A stretch of DNA of 64,000 nt from Clostridia bacterium (lineage in GTDB: Bacteria > Bacillota > Clostridia > TANB77 > CAG-508). Both the position numbers and the translations under genes were made by a program. The notes beneath the pieces are model-generated. The model saw only the letters and a list, made by a program, of their open reading frames with translations. It had not been told where the DNA came from and did not search any database. Shown piece after piece: positions 1 to 10,619 of this stretch (its first letter is position 1; every line of letters begins with the position of its first letter). The stretch is from the NCBI GenBank assembly GCA_017511265.1, contig JAFWKV010000001.1, positions 553-64,552 of the forward strand, written 5' to 3'.

Positions 1-3000
1 CCTTCTAGTGGCTGATTTGTGTCTTCATCTACTTTTGTTAATGTAAATGATGGGTTATTGTCTAATGTTATTGTAATAACTGGATTGTCTGGATTTGTAT
101 AGTCTATTTCTGCTTCTCCTCGTATGCTTCCACTTTCTATTTGGAGTTCTAGCTCACTATTGTTTTTCTGTGCTTTAAATACTAGTGGTTCATTATTTAA
201 AACATATCCTTCCGTTGGGTAAATTTCTTTTAAAGTGTATGTTGCTGTTATGTTCTTTTCTTCAACAAATTGATATAGATTATCTATTTGTATTTCTCCA
301 TTTTCATCTGTTGTGTAAATTGTGTTTTCACTTTTATCTTCTCCTGTTAGTGTAAATTGTGTTCCTTGTAAAAGTGTTTCTGTATCTTTTTCTTTCTTTA
401 TAATTTTTAAGCTATATTCTGGTATTTTTTCATTATCTATTTGTATGTTTATTGTTGGTATTTCATCTGTTTTTGTTACACTACTTGATGTTATTCTTTC
501 TCCTGTTATTTGTAAGTTCATATTAGTGTTTAATGTAAATTTTATTGGTGTATTTGGTAGGTAATATCCTTTTGCTGTTACTTCTTGTAATGTATATTCT
601 TCGTTTAAATATAATCCACTTACATTTATTTCTCCATTTGAATTTGTAGTTAAGTTATTATCTTTTTCTTTTCCTGTTAGTTTAAATCTTACTCCACTTA
701 AATTCTGTGCTCCTGTATTTTTTATTATTTTTAATCTTGCTTTTGGTTCATTTTCTAACTGTAATTTTACTTTATAATCTTCACCATCATTTTTGTGGAC
801 AATTGCGGATTTTAACCAACTATATTTTTCTTCTAAGTTTGTATATGAGCCATTGTCATTTTTATATGCAACATGTAAATTATCTTCATTATCTGTATAT
901 GTATAGACCTTTATTTCTTCTTCATTTATTACATAATCACTCGTTGTTTTTATCTCTTTTATAATATAAGTTTTTTCGGCACATAAACCATATATTTTTA
1001 CTCTTCCATCATTGTCTGTAACTCTTATTTTGCTTTCTTCTTTTCCTTCTTCTGTTACTTTAAATGTTATTCCTTGTAATTTTTTATCTGTGTTTTCTTG
1101 TAATTTTTCTATTTCTAAATCATATTGTTTTGCTATCATAAAGCCTAATTTGTCACTTGCTGTATATGTATTATATTTTCCTGCATCTGTCATCAATGCA
1201 AAGTTTATTGCATGTTCGCTATATGCTATTTCATTATAGTTAACTCCTTCTGGTATGTTTATTGTATATTTAAATGTATGGCTATCTTTACTATGTAATA
1301 CATAATCTCCTAAACTTATAATATATGTTTTTATACTATTCCAATCTGTAACTTCATTTGCTGTTTTCCAATTATTATTTGTATCATTTATATCATTGCT
1401 TGGTTTTTCTTGTGTTGAATAATATACTGTTGTGTAATCTACTAATTCATTAGGTACTATTATTCCTGAATTTGTAATATTTGTTGTAAATTGTGAACCT
1501 AGTTCTCTATTTCCAACTATAAATTGATTTCCCTCAAAAGGTATTACTCCTTGTAATATTACATTTGTTATATCTTGAGCATAGTTGTTAGTTAAATTTA
1601 TATTTATTTCTGCTGTTCTTTGACTTTTTTCAACTTTTGCAACTCGTGGTGCTATTGTTGTACTATTTTTATCATCATAATTTGAAGCAATTTGATTTGT
1701 TAATAATTCGTTTGGAGATATTAAGTTAATTGCCTTTTTAGTATAATTTAGTATTTCTTCTGTATTTAAGTCTCCATCTATATCATAAATGTCGTTTCCT
1801 TTATAATAATAGTCTACTCCTTGTTCATTTATTGCATATAATTCTATATCTCTTGTTACTGTCGTATTTCGTGGGTCTGGTGTCATATTACAGTCTATAT
1901 TTATATTATATGTTTCTTCATTTTCATTTTCTGTTAAAACTTTTATATAGTAATTCCCATCTTGCTCAAATAAATCATACCCTAAAATTGCTACTCTATT
2001 CTTGTCTACTGTTACACTGTTTATCTCCATATTTATTATTTCTGATGGTACTTTTACTAAAAATGTTCCATTTTTCCATTTTTGTTCATTATACTGATTG
2101 GTTTCTGTTTTTATTGTTATTATTTGGTTTTCTGTTGTTTCTTGTGTTGAAAGTATTTGTTTACTAATGTTTATGCTTGCAACAGATAGTGGTGCTTCGT
2201 AATGTGCTGAATGTGTTACTGTACTTGAATTTGTTCCAAATGTTCCTGTTAAATTACTATTTATATATTCTAATTTGTCAAATTCTTCTCTTGTATAGTT
2301 TTCTGTAATATATTGGTCATCTAATTCTTTTACATTATATACTGTAAAACTTGAATTTACATTTGTTGCACTTGTTTCAACTCTTATATGTTTTATTGCA
2401 TTTTCGTAGCGATATGGATTAGATTCATTATATGTATTCCAATTTTCTTTTGTAAATGTTTCTATTAATTCGTTTGTTGTGTCATTATATACTTTTATCC
2501 ATCCATCTTCTCCTAGCATTCCATCTGCTCCTGAAAAGTATATTCCTACATTTGATGTTAGTTCTTCCATTGTTTCTTTGCTTGAATCTGTTTTTATAAA
2601 ATTATCATGTGCTTGTTCACTGCCTGTTTTTGTTTCTTTCATTGTTGTTCCTGTTGATATACCTTCTGTACCTGTTGTTAATTGCCATCTAACTGTATAA
2701 TAGTCGTCTTTTTCTTGTTCAGATATATTATTAAATATTTTAAGTGGTTTTTCTTTTGATACTACATATCTTGAATATGGCGATGCTACATATTTTCCTA
2801 CCGTTATATCAAATCTATATGCAAAGCCTTCATATTTTACCCATCTTGCAACTATTGTTGCTTCTGCTGTATTTGATACATATGGATTAGTAAATTCAGT
2901 GTTTTGGTTGTTGTATCCTTCATAATATGTTTTTACTGGTATTAATAGTTGAACACTATTTTCTTCCATATTTTCGTATGCTTCTTTTGGATATATAACT

Positions 3001-4034
3001 TTTACTTTATATTCATTGTATCTCTTTTCAATATATGATGATGTGTTTACTATTCCTGTAACTGTTTGGTTTTCATTTACAATTGCTTCTCTTTGTGCTG
3101 TAAATGCTCCTGTTTCTTGGTTATATTCGTATGTTATTCTGTCTCCTTCAAATTCTACAGAAATAGGCTTATATCCATTTAGTTCAGGAATTGTTCCTTC
3201 TAAATATGATTTTTTTAGTATTAAGTCATTGTCTTTTTCTTCTGTTTTTATGGTGAAGTTTAATACCATATTTTCGCCATTTAATAGTTCATCAAAACTG
3301 TTTACAGTGTTTTTTACATCTGAAACTGATATACCAGCTGTTGTTGTTCCATACCAATCGACATTAAAATTAATAGTTTTATTTATTGGTGTTTCTACTC
3401 CATTGTCATCTACATGTGTTCCTGTAAATGTTATACTATTTATTTTGCTATATTTTGTTGTATCATTTCCTATTGCTTCTGTTTTTTTGTATTGACTTGT
3501 ATAGTCTCCACTTCTTACAATTCCTGTAAGTAATTTTTGGCTACCATTTTGCATTTCTTTTAAATCTATTGTTTTGGTATTATTTGATATATAATTTGCT
3601 TTGATTATGCTATCTTTAACTATTGTTGTATTTAGATAAAAGTTGTTTGAATTAATTGTTATTTTCCCGTTTTTAAAGTATCCATTATTTATTACCTTTA
3701 GGTCCATATATAAAGTGTCTTCTTTTCCTACTTCATTACAGGTTCCTCTTATGGCATCTGCATTTCCGTCTAAATCTATGTCTTTTAAGAAAAATGCATC
3801 AAATTTTACATATTCTGAGTTTGTTGCTTCATCTCCATTGTTTACTGCGTCGTATGATCTAGAACGTAAAATTTCTGGTGTTATTTCAGTATTTGACTTT
3901 TGTATGTTTTGCTGTAGTTTTATAAAAATTGTTGCAATAATTGCTATAAATATAATTACAGCTATTATGTGTATTAGCTTTATTTCTATAATTTTACCTC
4001 TTTTTTTGGTTTCTTTTGTATTAGTATTTACCAT
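1..4034 (-). CDS. Large cell-surface adhesin, truncated by the window edge (N-terminal signal anchor, distal Cna-B/SpaA-type repeats)
   Basis: Absent from the ORF track because it runs off the window. My translation of the minus strand from ATG 4034..4032 (RBS AGAGGTAG) stays open to position 1. It begins MVNTNTKETKKRGKIIEIKLIHIIAVIIFIAIIATIF. The distal part has repeated LQG.xFxLT...D.NGxI...L....YxLxE units typical of Cna-B/prealbumin-fold adhesin repeats. Confidence 0.75.
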   Translation of the reverse strand, partial: MVNTNTKETKKRGKIIEIKLIHIIAVIIFIAIIATIFIKLQQNIQKSNTEITPEILRSRSYDAVNNGDEATNSEYVKFDAFFLKDIDLDGNADAIRGTCNEVGKEDTLYMDLKVINNGYFKNGKITINSNNFYLNTTIVKDSIIKANYISNNTKTIDLKEMQNGSQKLLTGIVRSGDYTSQYKKTEAIGNDTTKYSKINSITFTGTHVDDNGVETPINKTINFNVDWYGTTTAGISVSDVKNTVNSFDELLNGENMVLNFTIKTEEKDNDLILKKSYLEGTIPELNGYKPISVEFEGDRITYEYNQETGAFTAQREAIVNENQTVTGIVNTSSYIEKRYNEYKVKVIYPKEAYENMEENSVQLLIPVKTYYEGYNNQNTEFTNPYVSNTAEATIVARWVKYEGFAYRFDITVGKYVASPYSRYVVSKEKPLKIFNNISEQEKDDYYTVRWQLTTGTEGISTGTTMKETKTGSEQAHDNFIKTDSSKETMEELTSNVGIYFSGADGMLGEDGWIKVYNDTTNELIETFTKENWNTYNESNPYRYENAIKHIRVETSATNVNSSFTVYNVKELDDQYITENYTREEFDKLEYINSNLTGTFGTNSSTVTHSAHYEAPLSVASINISKQILSTQETTENQIITIKTETNQYNEQKWKNGTFLVKVPSEIINMEINSVTVDKNRVAILGYDLFEQDGNYYIKVLTENENEETYNINIDCNMTPDPRNTTVTRDIELYAINEQGVDYYYKGNDIYDIDGDLNTEEILNYTKKAINLISPNELLTNQIASNYDDKNSTTIAPRVAKVEKSQRTAEININLTNNYAQDITNVILQGVIPFEGNQFIVGNRELGSQFTTNITNSGIIVPNELVDYTTVYYSTQEKPSNDINDTNNNWKTANEVTDWNSIKTYIISLGDYVLHSKDSHTFKYTINIPEGVNYNEIAYSEHAINFALMTDAGKYNTYTASDKLGFMIAKQYDLEIEKLQENTDKKLQGITFKVTEEGKEESKIRVTDNDGRVKIYGLCAEKTYIIKEIKTTSDYVINEEEIKVYTYTDNEDNLHVAYKNDNGSYTNLEEKYSWLKSAIVHKNDGEDYKVKLQLENEPKARLKIIKNTGAQNLSGVRFKLTGKEKDNNLTTNSNGEINVSGLYLNEEYTLQEVTAKGYYLPNTPIKFTLNTNMNLQITGERITSSSVTKTDEIPTINIQIDNEKIPEYSLKIIKKEKDTETLLQGTQFTLTGEDKSENTIYTTDENGEIQIDNLYQFVEEKNITATYTLKEIYPTEGYVLNNEPLVFKAQKNNSELELQIESGSIRGEAEIDYTNPDNPVITITLDNNPSFTLTKVDEDTNQPLE

Positions 4035-4072
4035 TTTTTCTACCTCTTATATAAAAATAATTATTCAATTTT

Positions 4073-4100
4073 ATTTTAACATACCGACAATGATTGTCAA
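4073..4100 (-). promoter_or_regulatory. Putative sigma-A promoter of the adhesin gene
   Basis: The minus strand reads TTGACA (4100..4095), a 16-nt spacer, then TGTTAAAAT (extended -10, TAAAAT at 4078..4073). It lies about 40 nt upstream of the start codon. Confidence 0.4.
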
Positions 4101-4135
4101 CATTTTTTTACATTTTTTTTAGGATATTTTTTACA

Positions 4136-4167
4136 TGGAAAAAGGGCTTAAAAATAATTTTAAGCCC
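4136..4167 (-). terminator. Rho-independent terminator after the 94-aa gene
   Basis: Stem GGGCTTAAAA/TTTTAAGCCC (4144..4167), followed on the minus strand by CTTTTT. Confidence 0.6.
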
Positions 4168-4174
4168 CCTGCCG

Positions 4175-4459
4175 TTATCGTTCTCCTTTATCTTTTTCTG
4201 AAGCAATTTTCTCCGAATAAATAAGAATCAATTCATTATATATTTCTTCTAATTTAATTTTTTTATTTGCTAACTTATAAATTGCATCCATATCATTATT
4301 ATTATAAGCTTCAATTACTTCTTTAGGCTTTATTCCAGACTGGGATATTTGGCCTAAATATGCGATTGCTTTTGGGTTTAAAGACAATAATCTATTAACT
4401 AGTCCTTTATTAGAAATATATTTTTCTATTTCTTCTTTTAATTCCTTTGAAATTTTCAT
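4175..4459 (-). CDS. Hypothetical small soluble protein (94 aa)
   Basis: Clean ORF with normal composition and its own terminator. I recognise no family. Confidence 0.55.
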   Translation of the reverse strand: MKISKELKEEIEKYISNKGLVNRLLSLNPKAIAYLGQISQSGIKPKEVIEAYNNNDMDAIYKLANKKIKLEEIYNELILIYSEKIASEKDKGER

Positions 4460-4492
4460 AAAATCACTCCTTTCTTATATTTATATAATATA

Positions 4493-4969
4493 TTAATCTG
4501 CATTTAATCTTCTAATTTCAAAAATTTGCCTTAATATTATTGTTCTAATAATAACAGCAATCAAACTACTTGCTGAATTAAAATCATATGTAGAACGAAC
4601 TGCAGCTATTATTAAAGTTACTAATTGCCCTAGTAAGCCTATTATTAAAATTATAGTAATAAAAGTTGTTTTTCCTTTTTTTATTGCTCTGTAAATTAAA
4701 AATCCCTCAAGGATAAATAAAAAGCATTCAATAAAATATACAGAAGATAAAATAATCTTAACAATTAAATGTACTATTGAATATTCTTCTTCATTTAAAT
4801 CAGCTAAATTAGTATTGTCATCTTCTTTTGTAGCCTGTATTAGTTGGTCTACATTTTCATCGGCATATGGTGAAACAATAGTAAAAACTCCGAGTCCAAA
4901 TTCAATTATTGCAAATATAAAACATATTATTGCAACAGCTTTTAGAAGTCTAAATTTTTTTGTACCCAT
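4493..4969 (-). CDS. Hypothetical integral membrane protein (about 4 TM segments)
   Basis: The ORF has several long hydrophobic segments. I recognise no family. Confidence 0.55.
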   Translation of the reverse strand: MGTKKFRLLKAVAIICFIFAIIEFGLGVFTIVSPYADENVDQLIQATKEDDNTNLADLNEEEYSIVHLIVKIILSSVYFIECFLFILEGFLIYRAIKKGKTTFITIILIIGLLGQLVTLIIAAVRSTYDFNSASSLIAVIIRTIILRQIFEIRRLNAD

Positions 4970-4984
4970 TTAATAATTCCTCCT

Positions 4985-6512
4985 TTACATAAGTGGTGCA
5001 AGTAATCGTAAAAATGCTTGCCATAAGTCTTTTAGTGGCTTAGGATTTGTTTCATCAATTGTTATTTCATGGCTCTTTTCCATTGAATCCAGTAAATCTT
5101 GTTTAATATCATCAATAATATCTACATTTTCAAAATAGCATCCACATTCAAAATGTAAATATAAACTTCTATAATCCATATTAATTGTTCCTACTGTAGC
5201 AACTTTATCATCAGAAACATAAACTTTACTGTGAACAAAACCAGGTGTATATCTATAAACCTTTACTCCACCTTTTACTAGTGGATCTGCATAGGACTCA
5301 GAAACAGTATAAACTATCTTTTTATCAGGTATTCCAGGAATAACAATTCTAACATCTACTCCCCTCTTTGCTGCAAGAATTAAGTTATTTATAACATCTG
5401 TATCTATAATTAAATATGGAGTATAAATGTAAATATATTTTTTTGCATTAGAAATGATATTTAGGTAAATATTTTCTGCAACCTTTTCATCTGTGAATGG
5501 ATTTTCTCCATAAGGTACTACATAACCTTGTCCATCTTCTTTTTTAGAAAAATCATATTTAAATTTAGAAAAATCATCATCTTCTTTTTTATATGCATTC
5601 CACATTTCTAAAAACATTACAGTATAATTCCAAACGGCATCTCCCTTTATTCTCATTCCATTATCTTTCCAGTGGCCATATTTGCTATTAATATTTATGT
5701 ATTCATCAGCAATATTTATTCCTCCAGAAAAGGCGACTTTTCCATCTACTACAAGGATTTTACGATGATCACGATGATTCATAATAACTCCAGCATCTAC
5801 ACCAATTTTATTAAATTGTATACACTTAATGCCTTTTTTATTTAGTGTTTTATTATATGACTCATCAAGAAGAGCCAAACAACCTAAATCATCATAAATA
5901 ACACGTACATCAACACCATTTGCTGCCTTTTCTTCTAAAATTTCTAAAATTGAATTCCACATTTTTCCTTCAGCAACAATAAAATATTCGAAAAATATGA
6001 ATTTTTCAGCTTTTTTTAGTTCTTCAAGCATTACAGGAAAAACGTCATCCCCAAGTTTATAATAGTCAACATTGTTGTTGCAAGTAATTGGATAACTCGT
6101 ATAGTTACTAATATATTTCAAATTGCTTAAATTTTTTTCATTTATTTCTTCAAGAATTTTTTCATCTTGTTTAAAAAACTTCTTCCCCTTTTCTTCGCTC
6201 TCCATAACATTACTTAATAGAATACTTCTTTTTTTATTTCTTCCGAAGGACAAAGAAAAGAATAGTTCCTACAATTGGAAAAAGTAAAATTATAATAATC
6301 CATGGGAGTGCGTATGAATAGTTTTTGCTTGTTTTTATAAGCACTAAAACAATTATTGTTCCAAAAAGTCTATATATAATTGTATCAATCTCAATATTGG
6401 GAACAATTAATGCTAAATGTTTTCCAGTAATCCATAGTAAAAACACCATATAAACAACATAAATGATAAGTGCTATTAAAGAACAAATACCTCTATAAAG
6501 TTTTTTATTCAT
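4985..6512 (-). pseudogene. cls: Cardiolipin synthase split by a frameshift (N-terminal TM part 6234..6512, catalytic part 4985..6253)
   Basis: The 422-aa ORF has two PLD HKD motifs (HRKILVVDGKVAFSGGINI and HSKVYVSDDKVATVGTINMD). The 92-aa ORF is the usual two-helix Cls N-terminus ending PIVGTILFFV. The expected continuation FGRNKKRS is in the other frame. The ORFs overlap by 20 nt. Confidence 0.85.
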
Positions 6513-7806
6513 TTATATCCCTCCTAACTATATCATCTAAAACACCATTACTTTCTATTTTAACTTTCACATTTTTTGATACCAAAAATTCGTAAAACCT
6601 TCTTTCTATATCATTGTTGTCTAAAATTGATGTAAATGTAAATGCCATCTTATTTTCATACGAACAAGCTGAACACTTAATTCTTTCAACTGGTTCTGGT
6701 GCAATTAGCATAAAAAACATATCTATGTATGGTTGATACTTACCAATAATTCCTACTCTACCAACATTCGAAAATGTTATAGTTGTATATTTTCTAATTT
6801 CAATATAACTTAACCTTACAATAAGTTTCTTTAAAAAAAGTGGAACAATTTTTACTAACGGATTATTACCTATTTTTACATTCGCAGACATAGTTCTCAT
6901 TATTTCTTCTTCAGTAAGTCTTTTTTGGAAATCATTTTTTACAAATTGTAAAATCTTTTCAAATGTATCAAGGTTATCTTTTTTTATTTCTGCCTCAAGT
7001 GTAATGTATGAAAAGAAATTTGATAAAGTTTTAGATGATGGAAAATATTTTTTCAAATTAACCGGTATACAAAGTTTTATCGGCTTTGTTCCATTATATT
7101 TTTTATAATTTTCTTCATAAATTGAATAGATTAGTACTGCAGATAAATATTGCGTTATTGAACAGTTGCTTTTTTTACATTTTTCTTTTAAGCTGTCTAC
7201 ATCAATAATTTCATGAATTGCAGAAACAGCATCTAATTTGATAGTAGATCCTTTTAATATATATGCTTTTTTAGATGATGCATTTGATTTTAAACTTTTA
7301 TCATAGTGTTGCATATAACTATCTTCTGTTGTATAATCTAAACTTTTTGTGCTTCTTAGATTTTCTTTAAATTCATTTGGATGTGCTAGCTCTATATATG
7401 AATATATTATTTCTTTAAAAAATAAGCTACCACTATTCCCATCAGTTAAAGCGTGATATATGTCTATATTTATTTCATTTTTAAAATATGTAACTTTAAA
7501 TAAATAATTATTATTCTTTTTGTAATCTATATATTTACAAGGATAGTCATTTTCTTCTTTTATTATAGGTAATTGGGTATTATATTCAAGATAATTCCAA
7601 AATATACCTGATTTCATTCTTACTCTAAATGGTTCATATTTTTTTAAAGCTATTATTACAGCTTTATATAAGATTTCAGGTTGAATTTTTTCTTTTAATC
7701 TAGCTGAAAATCTAAATACTGTACTATACTTTTTTCCTGCCGAAATTGGAAATATTTTAGCTGAATTATCTAGCCATCTCCTATGTAATTTTTTTTCTTT
7801 TTTCAT
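6505..7806 (-). CDS. Condensation-domain/alcohol-acetyltransferase-like acyltransferase (HxxxDG motif)
   Basis: Contains HALTDGNSG, which resembles the HHxxxDG catalytic motif of the WS-DGAT/condensation superfamily. I prefer the ATG at 7806 (MKKEKKLHRRW) over the TTG at 7827. The stop overlaps the cls start. Confidence 0.55.
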   Translation of the reverse strand: MKKEKKLHRRWLDNSAKIFPISAGKKYSTVFRFSARLKEKIQPEILYKAVIIALKKYEPFRVRMKSGIFWNYLEYNTQLPIIKEENDYPCKYIDYKKNNNYLFKVTYFKNEINIDIYHALTDGNSGSLFFKEIIYSYIELAHPNEFKENLRSTKSLDYTTEDSYMQHYDKSLKSNASSKKAYILKGSTIKLDAVSAIHEIIDVDSLKEKCKKSNCSITQYLSAVLIYSIYEENYKKYNGTKPIKLCIPVNLKKYFPSSKTLSNFFSYITLEAEIKKDNLDTFEKILQFVKNDFQKRLTEEEIMRTMSANVKIGNNPLVKIVPLFLKKLIVRLSYIEIRKYTTITFSNVGRVGIIGKYQPYIDMFFMLIAPEPVERIKCSACSYENKMAFTFTSILDNNDIERRFYEFLVSKNVKVKIESNGVLDDIVRRDINE

Positions 7807-7838
7807 ATAAGATATTTTCCTTTCCAAAAAAAATATGT

Positions 7839-8723
7839 TTATTGTCTCAATTTATAATCATTTAGCAAATCTTCATAAGCACGATTAGCTAAACTGTCAT
7901 TATAATTTATAATCCAAATATGTTGAGCTTCTTTATATTCCCTTATTTGAACATCTACATTTACTTTGCTAGCTTTTTCTTGTAATAAATGTACATCAGG
8001 ATTCAAAATATCATTTGTGCCTGTATAAATTATTAAATTATTCAATTTTGATAAATCTCCATTTATAGGGTTAGCAAAATATTTTTCATTTTCTGCTGCT
8101 CCTCTGGTGTAGAAAATACCCGCTATATACAATTTAAACTTATTTAAGTCTTTATCATAAGGCTGAACTTGGTCAATTTTAGGATTTGACATTGTCGTAT
8201 CTAGCCATGGAGATATTAGTATTGTTTGTTTTGGCAACGGATTATTATCATTTGCTAGTTTTTCTTCTAGACCAAGTGCTAATCCACCACCTGCTGAATC
8301 TCCCATTATTGTTAAATTTTCTGTTTTAACTGTTTTTAATAATTTACTATAAAAGTTATCTGTTATATTTAAAACAGATTTATATGTATATCTTGGTGTT
8401 AAAGGATAATCTGGTACTATAATTTTCGCTTTTGTATCTTTTGAAAGTTTTTGTACAAATTTCCAATGTTTATGTGTAGCTTCAGCCATATAAGCACCAC
8501 CATGAAAATATAGTATAACATTTTGGCTCATATCTTTTTTGGGTGAAATTGTAAATATTTTTCTTGACATAAAAGTACTTGTCTCAATCTTGAGTTCATC
8601 ATCAATTGTTTGAGGGATTTTTGATTCTATATCTACTATAAAAAAATAACCAGGTATAAGTATTGATATTGAAATAAAAATTATAATAATACTAATAATC
8701 AATCTTTTATTCATTTTATGCAC
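7839..8723 (-). CDS. Membrane-anchored alpha/beta hydrolase (HSL-type esterase/lipase)
   Basis: HGGAYM oxyanion motif and GDSAGG nucleophile elbow, with an N-terminal TM helix. Confidence 0.8.
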   Translation of the reverse strand: MHKMNKRLIISIIIIFISISILIPGYFFIVDIESKIPQTIDDELKIETSTFMSRKIFTISPKKDMSQNVILYFHGGAYMAEATHKHWKFVQKLSKDTKAKIIVPDYPLTPRYTYKSVLNITDNFYSKLLKTVKTENLTIMGDSAGGGLALGLEEKLANDNNPLPKQTILISPWLDTTMSNPKIDQVQPYDKDLNKFKLYIAGIFYTRGAAENEKYFANPINGDLSKLNNLIIYTGTNDILNPDVHLLQEKASKVNVDVQIREYKEAQHIWIINYNDSLANRAYEDLLNDYKLRQ

Positions 8724-8768
8724 CTCTTACATTATATATTATCACATTATTTATATTTTGGAAATATT

Positions 8769-9140
8769 TTATATGTTTGTTGGTGCTAAATAATTAAAAT
8801 ATGGTATATTTCTTAGGATAGCAAATAAAATAGATAATCCTACAAGAAAATACCAAATAATATTTGGTATTTCTTTTTTTCCTTTTAACAAGTACTTATA
8901 AACTAAATATACCAAACCAAAAGGTAATAGTATTATAACTAACATATTATATCTAAATGCTTGATAAAAATCTAATTTAATCAAAGAATATATTGCACGT
9001 GTTATTCCACATCCAGCACAATAAAACCCTGTTATTTTATTAAAAATACATGGTATTCCTATTTTATATTTAAATATTGCAATAGCAAATACACTTGCTA
9101 TTGCAATTAAAATTATTCTTTGAATTTTTTTGTTTTCCAT
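8769..9140 (-). CDS. DUF2752-family membrane protein
   Basis: CAGCGITRA matches the CxxCGxTR signature, and the protein is multi-TM. Confidence 0.65.
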   Translation of the reverse strand: MENKKIQRIILIAIASVFAIAIFKYKIGIPCIFNKITGFYCAGCGITRAIYSLIKLDFYQAFRYNMLVIILLPFGLVYLVYKYLLKGKKEIPNIIWYFLVGLSILFAILRNIPYFNYLAPTNI

Positions 9141-9487
9141 TAATTATTCCTTGCTATAGTATTTAATTCATTTTGAACTAGGCAGTAAGTTACAATTGAT
9201 AAACCAAAAATTGATAGTATTAAGTATAACACTGAATTGTCACTAGTATTAATACCACGTTTTTGATTTGCTTCATACATTTCTTTTCCTATTTTATAGT
9301 TCCAATAGATACCATAAATACCACATGTTATTAATGCGAATAAAAATGCTTTAACACCTGTAAAATCAGGATCTTCATTTGCTTTTCCTACATCATCTGT
9401 CATTGTAATAAACCAATAAATTCCATAAATACCACATGTAATAATTGATAATAGGATTGCAACTACAATATTTCTTTCTTTAATCAT
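9140..9487 (-). CDS. DUF4234-family membrane protein
   Basis: Duplicated ITCGIYGIYW motifs are characteristic of DUF4234. Confidence 0.65.
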   Translation of the reverse strand: MIKERNIVVAILLSIITCGIYGIYWFITMTDDVGKANEDPDFTGVKAFLFALITCGIYGIYWNYKIGKEMYEANQKRGINTSDNSVLYLILSIFGLSIVTYCLVQNELNTIARNN

Positions 9488-9635
9488 TTTTTTATCCCTC
9501 CTCTATCTTTATAAGTTTAATATACTATAATTCGACAAAAAAATCAAGCAAAATCTTTATATTCTTGCAAATTAATACTAAAAATGATATTATAATAAAA
9601 AATACAATATAATTATTCATGGAGTGTGATAAATA

Positions 9636-10619
9636 ATGATTGATAGAGATTCAAATCCGGATTTTTTAAATTCGTTTTTAGACTATTCTATTACAATATT
9701 AAATAAATCACCTAATTCTGTAAAAGAATACAATTATGACATAGCTATGTTTTTAAAATATATAATGATTCGTTTTAAACTTACAAAAGAAACTGACTAT
9801 TCTAGTATAGACATTTCAAAATTTAATGTATCTACATTAAAAAAAATATCTTTGGATGATATTCACGCATTTGTTTCTCATCTTGCAGTTGACAATAAAA
9901 GCAAAGCAACAACTCGTGCAAGAAAAGTCTCAACAATTAGAATATTTTTTAAATATCTTTCTGAAAAAGAAAAAGTATTGAAAATTAATCCTGCTCAAAA
10001 CCTTGAAACGCCTAAGTTGGATAAACGTATTCCTAAGTATCTATCCCTGGATGATAGCAGAAAGCTTTTAAATATAGCTGCTGATGAAAATAATAGAAAT
10101 AAAGAGCGTGATTTTGCAATAATTACATTATTTTTAAATTGTGGTTTACGTCTTTCTGAGCTAGTAGGAATTAATATAAAAGATATAGATTTTGGTGAAT
10201 ATAAATTAAATGTTATAGGTAAAGGTAATAAAGAGCGTACAATTTATTTGAATAAGGCTTGCATAAATGCAATAAATGATTATTTAGCAGTTAGACCACG
10301 TGAAGGTGTTAAAGTAGATTCTAAACATTCTGAAAAGGCTTTATTTTTAAGTGAACAACGTAAGCGTATTAGTAATCGTACTGTTCAATATATTGTTGAT
10401 AAGGAACTTGCTAAAGCTGGTCTTGATACTACAAAGTATTCTGTTCATAAATTAAGACATACTGCAGCTACTTTAATGTATCAGTATGGTAATGTAGATA
10501 TTAGAGCACTTCAAGAATTATTAGGACATGAAAGTATTTCTACTACTGAGATTTATACTCATGTTAATAATGAACAAGTTCGTAATGCTGTTGAGAGTAA
10601 CCCCCTTGCAGATATGTAA
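9636..10619 (+). CDS. Tyrosine recombinase, XerC/XerD-like
   Basis: C-terminal catalytic motifs GLRLSEL, HKLRHTAAT and LLGHESISTTEIYTHV. Confidence 0.85.
   Translation: MIDRDSNPDFLNSFLDYSITILNKSPNSVKEYNYDIAMFLKYIMIRFKLTKETDYSSIDISKFNVSTLKKISLDDIHAFVSHLAVDNKSKATTRARKVSTIRIFFKYLSEKEKVLKINPAQNLETPKLDKRIPKYLSLDDSRKLLNIAADENNRNKERDFAIITLFLNCGLRLSELVGINIKDIDFGEYKLNVIGKGNKERTIYLNKACINAINDYLAVRPREGVKVDSKHSEKALFLSEQRKRISNRTVQYIVDKELAKAGLDTTKYSVHKLRHTAATLMYQYGNVDIRALQELLGHESISTTEIYTHVNNEQVRNAVESNPLADM

Noticed and set aside
322-4122. Seven + strand ORFs (80-159 aa), rich in F/L/S/I.
   Set aside because: They are low-complexity antisense translations of the long minus-strand adhesin gene, which is open from 4034 to the window edge. 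They have no RBS or family signal.
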